The notes under the pieces were generated by a model. It did not search any database. It saw nothing but the letters and a program-made list of their open reading frames with translations, and was not told where the DNA came from. 64,000 bases of DNA from a virus (taxonomy: Duplodnaviria > Caudoviricetes): the IMG/VR virus record IMGVR_UViG_3300009370_000001; one strand, written 5' to 3'. Below are positions 44,426-52,402 of this stretch, piece after piece. The translations under genes were made by a program, and so were the position numbers. Numbering within the stretch: position 1 is the first letter of the stretch; the number at the start of each line of letters is the position of its first letter.

Positions 44426-45009
44426 TGAAACTCCTACTTGAAAATTGGCGACGATTTTTAAATGAGGAGCAGGAGTACGAGATTTACTGTGACATGGATG
44501 GTGTGCTTGTAGACTTCGAATTAGGGGCCGTAGAGCACATCACAAGCGACTTAAAAAGCGGAAAGGCTTCCGAGCTAGAGGAAGAGCTTGGACGCGATTA
44601 TATCACCGCTGAGGATATTAGGTCAAATAAGTCCGTTAGAAATTATATGTACAAAGAATTAGAACATAACGCAGAATTTTGGGAGAACTTGCCTTGGATA
44701 GAAAATGGTCCCGAATTGTGGGCCGCAATTGCTCCATATAATCCGAATATATTAACAACCCCTATGGGATATGGATCCGAAATTGGCAAACAAGCTTGGA
44801 TTGATAAAAACTTAAGCCCCCTCCCCCAACAAGTTTTTATGTCGAGAGATAAATATCGCTGGGCCGATAAAAATAGTATTTTGATCGATGATTGGACAAA
44901 AAACACCATTCCTTGGGAAGAACACGGCGGCATAGCTATTTTACATCGAGATTCAGACATAGAAAAAACACTGTCAACACTGCAGGAACTCGGACTGCAA
45001 ACTAATTAA
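44425..45009 (+). CDS. Leader-bearing HAD-family 5'(3')-deoxyribonucleotidase-like protein
   Basis: MKLLLENWRRFLNE; IYCDMDGVLVDF, FWENLPW, ILTTP, GKQAW, ILIDD. Confidence 0.88.
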   Translation: MKLLLENWRRFLNEEQEYEIYCDMDGVLVDFELGAVEHITSDLKSGKASELEEELGRDYITAEDIRSNKSVRNYMYKELEHNAEFWENLPWIENGPELWAAIAPYNPNILTTPMGYGSEIGKQAWIDKNLSPLPQQVFMSRDKYRWADKNSILIDDWTKNTIPWEEHGGIAILHRDSDIEKTLSTLQELGLQTN

Positions 45010-45033
45010 AAGAGTGCGGCAGGAGGCAACAAT

Positions 45034-45351
45034 ATGGCTGATGGAGAATCTTGGGATCAATATTCCCGACTAGTTTTACAACAACTAGAAACACTTTCAA
45101 ATGGCATTGAAGCTTTGCGTGGAGAGCTTCAAGATGTCAAAAACCAACTCACAGAATTAAAAGCAAAAGAGGATCGGGTACAAGACTTAAAAGATTGGAA
45201 AGAGAAGATTGACGAGGTCGCGTCTCCTTCTCAGCTACAAAATGCGCTACAAGAAATAGAAGATTTAAAGACCTTTAAGACAAAAGCGGTCACTATTTTT
45301 GCTGTAGTGCAGTTTTTGATGGCTGCAGCAATAGCTTTATCTAGGATATAG
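45034..45351 (+). CDS. Coiled-coil protein with C-terminal TM helix (holin/XhlA-like architecture)
   Basis: Heptad-rich body; terminal AVTIFAVVQFLMAAAIAL. Confidence 0.6.
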   Translation: MADGESWDQYSRLVLQQLETLSNGIEALRGELQDVKNQLTELKAKEDRVQDLKDWKEKIDEVASPSQLQNALQEIEDLKTFKTKAVTIFAVVQFLMAAAIALSRI

Positions 45352-45365
45352 TAGCTATTTATCAT

Positions 45366-45656
45366 ATGGGATTTGACTACATAGATGAAAAAAAATTTAA
45401 GCGATTGGTTAAGCAAATTAGTGGAACCATCACTGAGAGAGATGGAGAATTAGTCCCCTATCACTCCATAATCGGTAGTGGTGCGATGTGGTGCTATCAA
45501 CCGAGTAACAAAACTATGGTAAGAGTTCTTCGCGGTACAAAAATCTTTGTTTTAGATTATGGAGACGAAACAGACGAACGCTGTCTGGCGTTAACCACGG
45601 ATGGGGTACCCATTTTGATAAAAAAAGACGAAATTATAGAAATAGGCTTTGATTAG
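45366..45656 (+). CDS. Hypothetical protein
   Basis: GCTATTTA motif upstream. Confidence 0.65.
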   Translation: MGFDYIDEKKFKRLVKQISGTITERDGELVPYHSIIGSGAMWCYQPSNKTMVRVLRGTKIFVLDYGDETDERCLALTTDGVPILIKKDEIIEIGFD

Positions 45657-45800
45657 TGTTATTTAAATTTGATAAATTTTGGAAAATTATTTTAGTAACG
45701 ATAAGTTCGTGGCTTGTCTACGCCTGCGCAGGTTATGAATTTACTACTATCACCTTGTTATCCCTTATATTAGCGGATAACCTTTTTAGTGCGACAAACG

Positions 45801-46037
45801 ATGGCAAAAAAAAGAAATAAAAGTAAAAATTATGACATCACAGGAATTGTAGAAGTCATTAATATTACTCCGGGACATCGGAAAGCAACTATATTGAACT
45901 TAGATGAACGTCGTTCGGTAGAAAAAACGGAAATTTCTGGCTCAATAGTTATAAAAAGAGCTATTTATGAAGCAAATGCTACAAAAGAACTCTCGAACCA
46001 AGAAATACCTGCCGAACGACCCAGCGATGAAAGGTAA
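45801..46037 (+). CDS. Hypothetical protein
   Basis: ORF MAKKRNKSKN... Confidence 0.5.
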   Translation: MAKKRNKSKNYDITGIVEVINITPGHRKATILNLDERRSVEKTEISGSIVIKRAIYEANATKELSNQEIPAERPSDER

Positions 46038-46185
46038 GACACTATATATTCTTTATCAATTTGATATGAACAAAGACGAATTAGTGTCTGATGGCCCTTA
46101 TTTAAAAAAGGAAGAAGCTTATAATCACATGCACGGTTTTTTGAAGAAAGGTATATGTGCCTGGGTAGTCGTCTATAATGGATGA
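46027..46185 (+). CDS. Hypothetical protein
   Basis: Overlapping coupled ORF. Confidence 0.5.
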   Translation: MKGKTLYILYQFDMNKDELVSDGPYLKKEEAYNHMHGFLKKGICAWVVVYNG

Positions 46186-46438
46186 ACAGGAACCATTTGG
46201 CACGATAGCTGCTAATAGTTTAAAAGTAGGAGATATTGTAGAATGGTCGACGTGGGATCCTAGCCGTGATAATTGGGAATTGAATTATGGAATTATTATG
46301 GAAATTAAAAATGAGGTAAAGGGCAATCGATTGGTTTCGGTTTCCGTAGTGATGCCGTTAGTAGGTCCAAAACAAGAAATTGAATTTTTTACTCCAACTT
46401 TAAAACTTATTTCTGAGGCCTCTAAAGTAGGCGACTAA
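46178..46438 (+). CDS. xGDLV-family protein
   Basis: LKVGDIVEW...YGIIMEI...LKLISEA. Confidence 0.65.
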   Translation: MDEQEPFGTIAANSLKVGDIVEWSTWDPSRDNWELNYGIIMEIKNEVKGNRLVSVSVVMPLVGPKQEIEFFTPTLKLISEASKVGD

Positions 46439-46783
46439 ATGAAATCGATTATAGACCATATAGCCCTTAAAGTTGAGGATCTAAAGATCGCAGAAGAGTG
46501 GTATTGCAACAATTTAGATGCTGAAGTCACTTTTCGAGATAAAAAGTACACAAGATTAAAGGTAGAAAATACTAACATTGCCTTAATCGACAAAAAATAC
46601 TATCCTTGGGAGCATATTGCAATTTTGATAGAGAACAAAGAGGATTTGCCTCATGATTTAGGAAAAACTATAGAACATCGCGATGGAACGGTGGGAGTTT
46701 ATGTAAAAGACCCATTTGGTAACTATTTAGAGTATATCTGGTACTCTGAAGAGCAAAAAAAGGTATTTTTAGATAATGATTGA
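46439..46783 (+). CDS. VOC/glyoxalase-family protein
   Basis: IDHIALKVEDL...EEWY, HIAI, YVKDPFGNYLE. Confidence 0.88.
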   Translation: MKSIIDHIALKVEDLKIAEEWYCNNLDAEVTFRDKKYTRLKVENTNIALIDKKYYPWEHIAILIENKEDLPHDLGKTIEHRDGTVGVYVKDPFGNYLEYIWYSEEQKKVFLDND

Positions 46784-47726
46784 TATTATTAATCCGATGA
46801 TTAAGCAATTTATGCCTTTTGCACAGGAAAAAATGGGTTTTCACAAGCCCCCTAAATTGTTTTTGCGTGGATCTCCTAAGAACGCTGCTAACCCACTGGG
46901 GAAAACGGCATTCTATGATCCTGCCGCACAAGCTATTACCATATATATTACAGATCGTCACCCTAAAGACGTTATGAGGTCACTATCACACGAATTAGTA
47001 CACCATACACAAAACTGTCGGGGTGACTTTGACAATGTCGGAGAAATGGGTGAAGGATATGCCCAAAACGACGAATATCTGCGCGAAATGGAGCGCGAAG
47101 CATACGAAAAAGGAAATATGTGCTTTCGAGACTGGGAAGACAGCATCAAAAGTACTATTTATTTTGAACATCTACAAAAAGGAGCTAAGAAAACGATGTC
47201 TACTAAAGAATGGAGAAATGGAGAATTAACCACGATTCTCTCAGAAGCTTTTGGTTTTAAGTTTAATCTTGACCATCTTACTGAGGAACGAACTGGTTCA
47301 GGAATCGATCACGGTGGTGACGATGATGAAGAGGCTGAGGAAGAGACCGAAGGCACAGCCGATAGCAAACGCGAAGAAAAAGGTCTTCGTGATGAAGGAC
47401 AAGTTTCAAGCGGTCGCAATGGGCCAAATGACAGGCGCCCAGATCCACGGAAGCGTCCGATGGAAGAGGAAGAAGAGCCTTGGGGAATGGATACGGTTAA
47501 AGATCCGAAGCCCCACAAGCGCCAGGATACCCTTGCACTCCCCGCTCGTAAAAAATGTGAGGATGGTTCGAAACCTGATCGACGAACGGGCAACTGCCCT
47601 GATGAGCGTGTACAGGTCGATTATCGAGCGTCCCCCTACGGACTTGAAGAAAAAGCTGAAATTACTGAGGTTCAAATCCGCGAAGCTGCCAAACGTGTTT
47701 TGGCTCGGCTCAAAGGAGGAAAATAA
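46776..47726 (+). CDS. Zincin-like metallopeptidase domain plus charged C-terminal region
   Basis: KTAFYDP, RSLSHELVHHTQN (HExxH), EREAYEKGN. Confidence 0.8.
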   Translation: MIDIINPMIKQFMPFAQEKMGFHKPPKLFLRGSPKNAANPLGKTAFYDPAAQAITIYITDRHPKDVMRSLSHELVHHTQNCRGDFDNVGEMGEGYAQNDEYLREMEREAYEKGNMCFRDWEDSIKSTIYFEHLQKGAKKTMSTKEWRNGELTTILSEAFGFKFNLDHLTEERTGSGIDHGGDDDEEAEEETEGTADSKREEKGLRDEGQVSSGRNGPNDRRPDPRKRPMEEEEEPWGMDTVKDPKPHKRQDTLALPARKKCEDGSKPDRRTGNCPDERVQVDYRASPYGLEEKAEITEVQIREAAKRVLARLKGGK

Positions 47727-48020
47727 ATGGGAAAATCATGGAAAAGACGCTGGAACGCCGCCCGGTTGGCCTCGTATAACACTACTACGACTGACACGGT
47801 TACAACTACGGCACCAGAAGTAGAGACAATCACAGTAGAAACAACGACTCCCATAGTGGAAGCGACAGCGGCAGAGGAAAAAACAACTTCCCCTCAAACC
47901 ACTACAAAGAAAAAGACAACTACTTCGACTCGTACTGCCCGAAAAAAGGTAACCAATACAACAAAACGCCAAACACGCAAGAAAACCACTACTACCGAAG
48001 CCACAACTCACACTACTTAA
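47727..48020 (+). CDS. Thr/Lys-rich low-complexity protein
   Basis: AAAGGAGG RBS; TTT/KKK runs. Confidence 0.6.
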   Translation: MGKSWKRRWNAARLASYNTTTTDTVTTTAPEVETITVETTTPIVEATAAEEKTTSPQTTTKKKTTTSTRTARKKVTNTTKRQTRKKTTTTEATTHTT

Positions 48021-48034
48021 AGGAATAAGCAAAA

Positions 48035-48292
48035 ATGTCGTTAAATAAAGTCTGGAATGATTTCTTACTGAATGAAAATCTTCAAGATAAAAATATTTTT
48101 ACTTATTTGCAAGGTTTAGAAGAAATAATCTCCAATATTAAGCCAAAATCGATGACAGAAGAGCGTCGTTTGTCTTTGGCGAGGCAGCATCTGAAAGAAG
48201 CTCGCAGATCTGCACGCAGAATGCAAAACGAACTCCAAGTTCTAGAAGAAAGGCTTAATGTATTGGAAGAAAGCCTAAACGAGGGCTCGTAA
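48035..48292 (+). CDS. Helical protein with leader-like N-terminus
   Basis: MSLNKVWNDFLLNE; AAGGA RBS. Confidence 0.7.
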   Translation: MSLNKVWNDFLLNENLQDKNIFTYLQGLEEIISNIKPKSMTEERRLSLARQHLKEARRSARRMQNELQVLEERLNVLEESLNEGS

Positions 48293-50217
48293 TGGGTGGT
48301 GCGGCGGGCCATATGGCTCATCCCTTCGATTTGGGATGGGTAAACTCGGGTTCTGACCTCTTAGATTTCTTTGAGAAGGCAAAAACCTATGTTGAGAAGA
48401 AGGGCGCTGGCTCCGTCAAGATAGATGGCGTCAATGTATCGTTCAAAGTGGTCGGAGACGACGAAAACAAGCAATTTGCGGTTGATCGCGGCTCCTTAAA
48501 GCCAATAGACATCGATGGAATTACGATGGACCGCGTTGATGACCGTTTTCCAGAAGGCCACGGCATGCGGCCGGCGATCCGGACCCTTTTGACCATTTTA
48601 AATGAAGCTTTGCCCGATATTCAACAAGAATTAGAAGAATTAGGCATGTGGGACGACCCATCGCGCTTTTTAAACACCGAATATGTCGCCGGAACGACAA
48701 ATGTGACTCAATATGATGAAAATTTCCTTGCAATTCACGGATTAAGCCAATTTTATCAAAAAACCGCTAAATCTGGACCCAGCAAAGGAAATATACGCCC
48801 TGGAATGGCGCGCCCGGAAGGAGTAAAGGCTCCAAGCGTCGAAGTGGCCTATGATCCTCAAACAATGGACAAATTAGTCACGAAACTCAATTCTGTAGCC
48901 GAAAACTACGGTTTTAAGGTATATGGCTCCGTTCCAACCGAAAAAATCGACGAAATCGACTTTTCATCGACTTTATCGCAACCTTTTACAGTAAACGTGT
49001 CTCCTGATCGCCAAATCACTAAATCTTTGGAAGAATGGTTGCGCGAAGTCCAAAATCCACGTTATAAAGTGGTCAAATTAAAAGATGGGACCAAAATACA
49101 CTCTCTACATAAACAACTTTATCTTAATATCTTAAATGGAGAGACCCCAGTGGTAGATTTACTTGATCAGGCAGATGCGCAAGATGCTATTTATGGTGCA
49201 GTGCTGATGCACGCCACTCGAATGCTTGGAAATGATGTTATGAAGGCCCTGACAAGCCCGATGGGCGATGTAATGAACCATGAAGGTATTGTTATGCGAG
49301 ATGAGAAACTTTTTGGACCAAATCCTGTCAAAATCACCGGAGACTTTATTGTTGGTAACCTCGGAGGCGGATTTGGACAGGTCACTGAAGAAGAAGAAGA
49401 AATAGAGGTCATCGACAACGAAGATGCAGATCCTGTGGGAGAATTTGCTGGTGGTGAAACGGTTGCTATTGTCCCCGGCGCATTTAAGCCGCCACACCGC
49501 GGCCATCTTGCAATGGTAGAACAATATGCCGATGAAGCAGACCGTGTAATAGTGTTAATTTCAGCCCCTGTGTTAGCAGGTAGAAAACTACCTAATGGGC
49601 GCGAAATTACTGCTGCAGATTCTCAAAAGATTTGGGAATTGTATGTTGATCACTTACCAAACGTTGAAGTAGAGATTTCCTCGCATGCTTCTCCCATAAA
49701 TGCAGCTTATGAATATGTTGGAGAGGAAGGACCACTCAATGCGGGCGATAGTGTTATTCTCGGCTGCAGCAAAAAGGATTGTGATTGGAAACGATGGATG
49801 GGCGCTGAAAAATATATTAAAGATGGGGTAAGCCTGCTACCGCCCGAAGGTGTTTCCCCGACATATCGGGATAATGGTGAGCCATTTAGTGCTACCGAAA
49901 TGAGAGACTTGCTTGGGCGCGCACAAGAAGACTCAGATGCAATTGAAGAATTAGAAGAATTTACCGGCGAAGATAATGTTTTTGATGTTTTGTCTATTTT
50001 GGGCCTAAATGTTGGTTTAAGTGAGATGTCTTCAATGGGTGGCGGGGCCGTCCAAGGTGCAGCCGTAGGAGCCAAGGGAGGACCTTGGCGCCACACTGAT
50101 ATTGAAGCCGAGAACGAAAAAGAAAAGAAACGTAGTAGACTTAAAAAAGAAAATATAGATTTATCTATGGTTGATGAAGTAATGAGACTATTTATGGAAA
50201 GAGGGATTATCCAATGA
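48292..50217 (+). CDS. Ligase-like nucleotidyltransferase domain fused to an HxGH (cytidylyltransferase-like) domain
   Basis: GGAAGHMAHPFD, KIDGVN, HEGIVMRD, PVKITG; PGAFKPPHRGH, FSATEMRD. Confidence 0.75.
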   Translation: MGGAAGHMAHPFDLGWVNSGSDLLDFFEKAKTYVEKKGAGSVKIDGVNVSFKVVGDDENKQFAVDRGSLKPIDIDGITMDRVDDRFPEGHGMRPAIRTLLTILNEALPDIQQELEELGMWDDPSRFLNTEYVAGTTNVTQYDENFLAIHGLSQFYQKTAKSGPSKGNIRPGMARPEGVKAPSVEVAYDPQTMDKLVTKLNSVAENYGFKVYGSVPTEKIDEIDFSSTLSQPFTVNVSPDRQITKSLEEWLREVQNPRYKVVKLKDGTKIHSLHKQLYLNILNGETPVVDLLDQADAQDAIYGAVLMHATRMLGNDVMKALTSPMGDVMNHEGIVMRDEKLFGPNPVKITGDFIVGNLGGGFGQVTEEEEEIEVIDNEDADPVGEFAGGETVAIVPGAFKPPHRGHLAMVEQYADEADRVIVLISAPVLAGRKLPNGREITAADSQKIWELYVDHLPNVEVEISSHASPINAAYEYVGEEGPLNAGDSVILGCSKKDCDWKRWMGAEKYIKDGVSLLPPEGVSPTYRDNGEPFSATEMRDLLGRAQEDSDAIEELEEFTGEDNVFDVLSILGLNVGLSEMSSMGGGAVQGAAVGAKGGPWRHTDIEAENEKEKKRSRLKKENIDLSMVDEVMRLFMERGIIQ

Positions 50218-51035
50218 AAGCTGAGCAAGAGCAAATCTTAAGAGAGAATATAAGACAGTTAATTGAAGTTGTCAAGCAAAAAAGAAGTACAGTCCAAGAA
50301 ACACTGTTATTAGAAGAAGAACGCCTCCGCGGGATCGTTAGAGACTTAATTGATGTTGAACTCCAATCGCTCCGCGAGGATACTACCCCTGACAACGACC
50401 CGGTGCCCAATAAGTCTACTGGCATTAACGTTCTCGAAGATCTTTTGAAGAAAATTATTCCTGTCCTAGAGACTGATTATAAATTACTTACTACCGATGC
50501 CGAACAGCGCCAATCATTCCGCGCGCATGTTATTAATGCTGTAGTTGATGCCTTAACACCTGCTGAAGTTAATAATGAGGCTGGTGAGGAGGTTGCTGCA
50601 GCGGATGCACTAGAAGAAGAAGTAGATATAGCTATTGGCGATGAAGATAAGTTTATCGATATTCGAACTGATGCAGAAAAAAGTGCTGATGATGAAGAAG
50701 TCGAAGAGGACCCCCGCGATGGTTTTGGCGTCGCCGGCGAAGATGAAACTGGACGCAATGTAGCTTATAATGCCTTTAAAAAGATTCAAACTTCAATTAT
50801 TGATTCTTATGAATTATTATCTAATCCTGAAGACCAAGAATTGTTTTATGATTATTTGATCGCCAATCTTAAATTGTATTTTGATAAATTCGAAGGCGAA
50901 TTGGCGCCAGACGTAGAAGAGCCCACAAATCAAGCCTATGACGATGCTAAGAGCGAAGAAGGCGATATGGGCGCGCCAGATGACACTGAGATGGATTTCG
51001 GTGGTGATGAAGAAGAGATAGAATTAGAATTATGA
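50214..51035 (+). CDS. Acidic hypothetical protein, possible virion/scaffold-like
   Basis: LRENIRQLIE motifs; ACTATTTA 20 nt upstream. Confidence 0.7.
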   Translation: MKAEQEQILRENIRQLIEVVKQKRSTVQETLLLEEERLRGIVRDLIDVELQSLREDTTPDNDPVPNKSTGINVLEDLLKKIIPVLETDYKLLTTDAEQRQSFRAHVINAVVDALTPAEVNNEAGEEVAAADALEEEVDIAIGDEDKFIDIRTDAEKSADDEEVEEDPRDGFGVAGEDETGRNVAYNAFKKIQTSIIDSYELLSNPEDQELFYDYLIANLKLYFDKFEGELAPDVEEPTNQAYDDAKSEEGDMGAPDDTEMDFGGDEEEIELEL

Positions 51036-51796
51036 AAATTTTAATGGAGAATTGGCGCCAATTTATAGAACATGGCGCGTCGACACCTGAGAATGGAAAA
51101 ATATATCTTTTCGAAGATGAAAAGATCACAGAAGCATCTTTTAGCATAAGATTAAATCTATTAACAGAATCCACCACAGAGATAGAAGGCTTTTTGCGAG
51201 AATGGGAGACGTCTGCCGATTATGTGTTAAGCAAGAATGTTCTTAATGAGGGCGTAATGGATTTAGTTTCTCAGGCGGCTGCAGTGTTGAAAACACTCGC
51301 AGAGAAATCTTGGGATACGGTCACAAGTGTCACTTCAAAAGTTTTAAATTTTATTGAGAAATTTAAAGAAAAACACCCCAAAATATATAGCGCCCTCAAA
51401 TGGGCCTGTATAGCAATAATATGTATAGCGGCACTTTATCTAATAGCCAAAGCCACAGGAATGACAGCTGTTGTCCAAGCTATGGAATCACTTGCTACAT
51501 TCCAATGGCCCGATGTAGCAATTTCTGAATTGGTAAGAGATCTAACCAACCAACAGACAGTAGATGCTCTTCGAAACCTACAAGACGCATTATTAAATCG
51601 AGCAGGAGACATAGGAGTAGATCTGGTGCAAAGTGATCATCAAATCCTTCAGGATCTAGGAGATAAAATCTTAGATTCTATTCCATCGGAGCAGTCGGCT
51701 GAAGCAGTATCGGATTTCTGGGGTCAGGCGATGGAACGGTTACAGCAAGGCGCCCAGGCCGGCACGGGACAAATTGAGACCTTCACTCCAAATTAG
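51032..51796 (+). CDS. Leader-bearing protein with internal TM segment
   Basis: MKILMENWRQFIE; LLTE and VLNE motifs; WACIAIICIAALYLIA. Confidence 0.75.
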   Translation: MKILMENWRQFIEHGASTPENGKIYLFEDEKITEASFSIRLNLLTESTTEIEGFLREWETSADYVLSKNVLNEGVMDLVSQAAAVLKTLAEKSWDTVTSVTSKVLNFIEKFKEKHPKIYSALKWACIAIICIAALYLIAKATGMTAVVQAMESLATFQWPDVAISELVRDLTNQQTVDALRNLQDALLNRAGDIGVDLVQSDHQILQDLGDKILDSIPSEQSAEAVSDFWGQAMERLQQGAQAGTGQIETFTPN

Positions 51797-51813
51797 ATAT
51801 CTCTGAGAAAAAA

Positions 51814-52176
51814 ATGATAAAAAGTTCAAAAAAGAACTTGACAACCAAAAATAAGAGCGTTATACTAGCATTGAAGGCTAAAAACCTTATAGATGATAGT
51901 TTGTTAGTTTCTATTAATAGTTTAACTTTAGAAGATCTAATAGCTATAAAGTTTGAACTTTCAGCTAACCATATAAATAATAGACCTTATGGATTTGACA
52001 TTTGGAGAAAATCAAGTTATATTATAAAAGAGGCTTTACTAAAGTTTGCGCTTTCAACCACCAACTCTAAAAAAGACGCGGCAAGGTTTTTAGGTTTAAC
52101 CTACAGTGATTTTAAAAAAGCCATTAAAAAATACAAGGTAACCAACTTTTTTAACGACGATGTGGAAGGTTTATAA
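51814..52176 (+). CDS. Protein with C-terminal Fis/NtrC-type HTH
   Basis: ALLKFALSTTNSKKDAARFLGLTYSDFKKAIKKY; the true start may be downstream of the internal promoter. Confidence 0.65.
   Translation: MIKSSKKNLTTKNKSVILALKAKNLIDDSLLVSINSLTLEDLIAIKFELSANHINNRPYGFDIWRKSSYIIKEALLKFALSTTNSKKDAARFLGLTYSDFKKAIKKYKVTNFFNDDVEGL
51838..51866 (+). promoter_or_regulatory. sigma70-type promoter
   Basis: TTGACA-17 nt-TATACT. Confidence 0.65.
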
Positions 52177-52402
52177 ATATAACGGACACTATATCATGGG
52201 CGACTTGGTCGGCTCACACAAAACAGAAGCTGCCGCCATGAAAAAAGCAAAGAAAGAAATAAAATTTAAATTTTCTGTGAGAGAAAAGAAAAAGAACGAG
52301 ATACTTATTTGGCTTGATGGTGAAAACCACGAACCACTAGGAGTTATCACACACGAATTAAAGGGGACGAAACGGCCTCGACAGGGTAAGGAGAAAGGAT
52401 AG
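52160..52402 (+). CDS. Hypothetical basic protein; 3' end overlaps the tmRNA
   Basis: MWKVYKYNG...; last 40 nt lie within the tmRNA 5' end. Confidence 0.6.
   Translation: MWKVYKYNGHYIMGDLVGSHKTEAAAMKKAKKEIKFKFSVREKKKNEILIWLDGENHEPLGVITHELKGTKRPRQGKEKG

Larger units (their letters stand above)
40707..44450 (+). repeat. Five identical 26-nt repeats ATGAAACTCCTACTTGAAAATTGGCG
   Basis: Copies start at 40707, 41150, 41875, 42944, 44425; each overlaps the stop of the preceding gene. Confidence 0.97.

Noticed and set aside
40081-45009. Classical integron or DGR explanation for the leader array
   Set aside because: No tyrosine integrase, attC palindromes, reverse transcriptase or TR/VR pair is visible in the window; only the repeat itself is supported.
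47727-48020. Thr-rich ORF as a tandem DNA repeat or contingency locus
   Set aside because: Codons vary and there is no exact repeat unit; it is simply a low-complexity protein.
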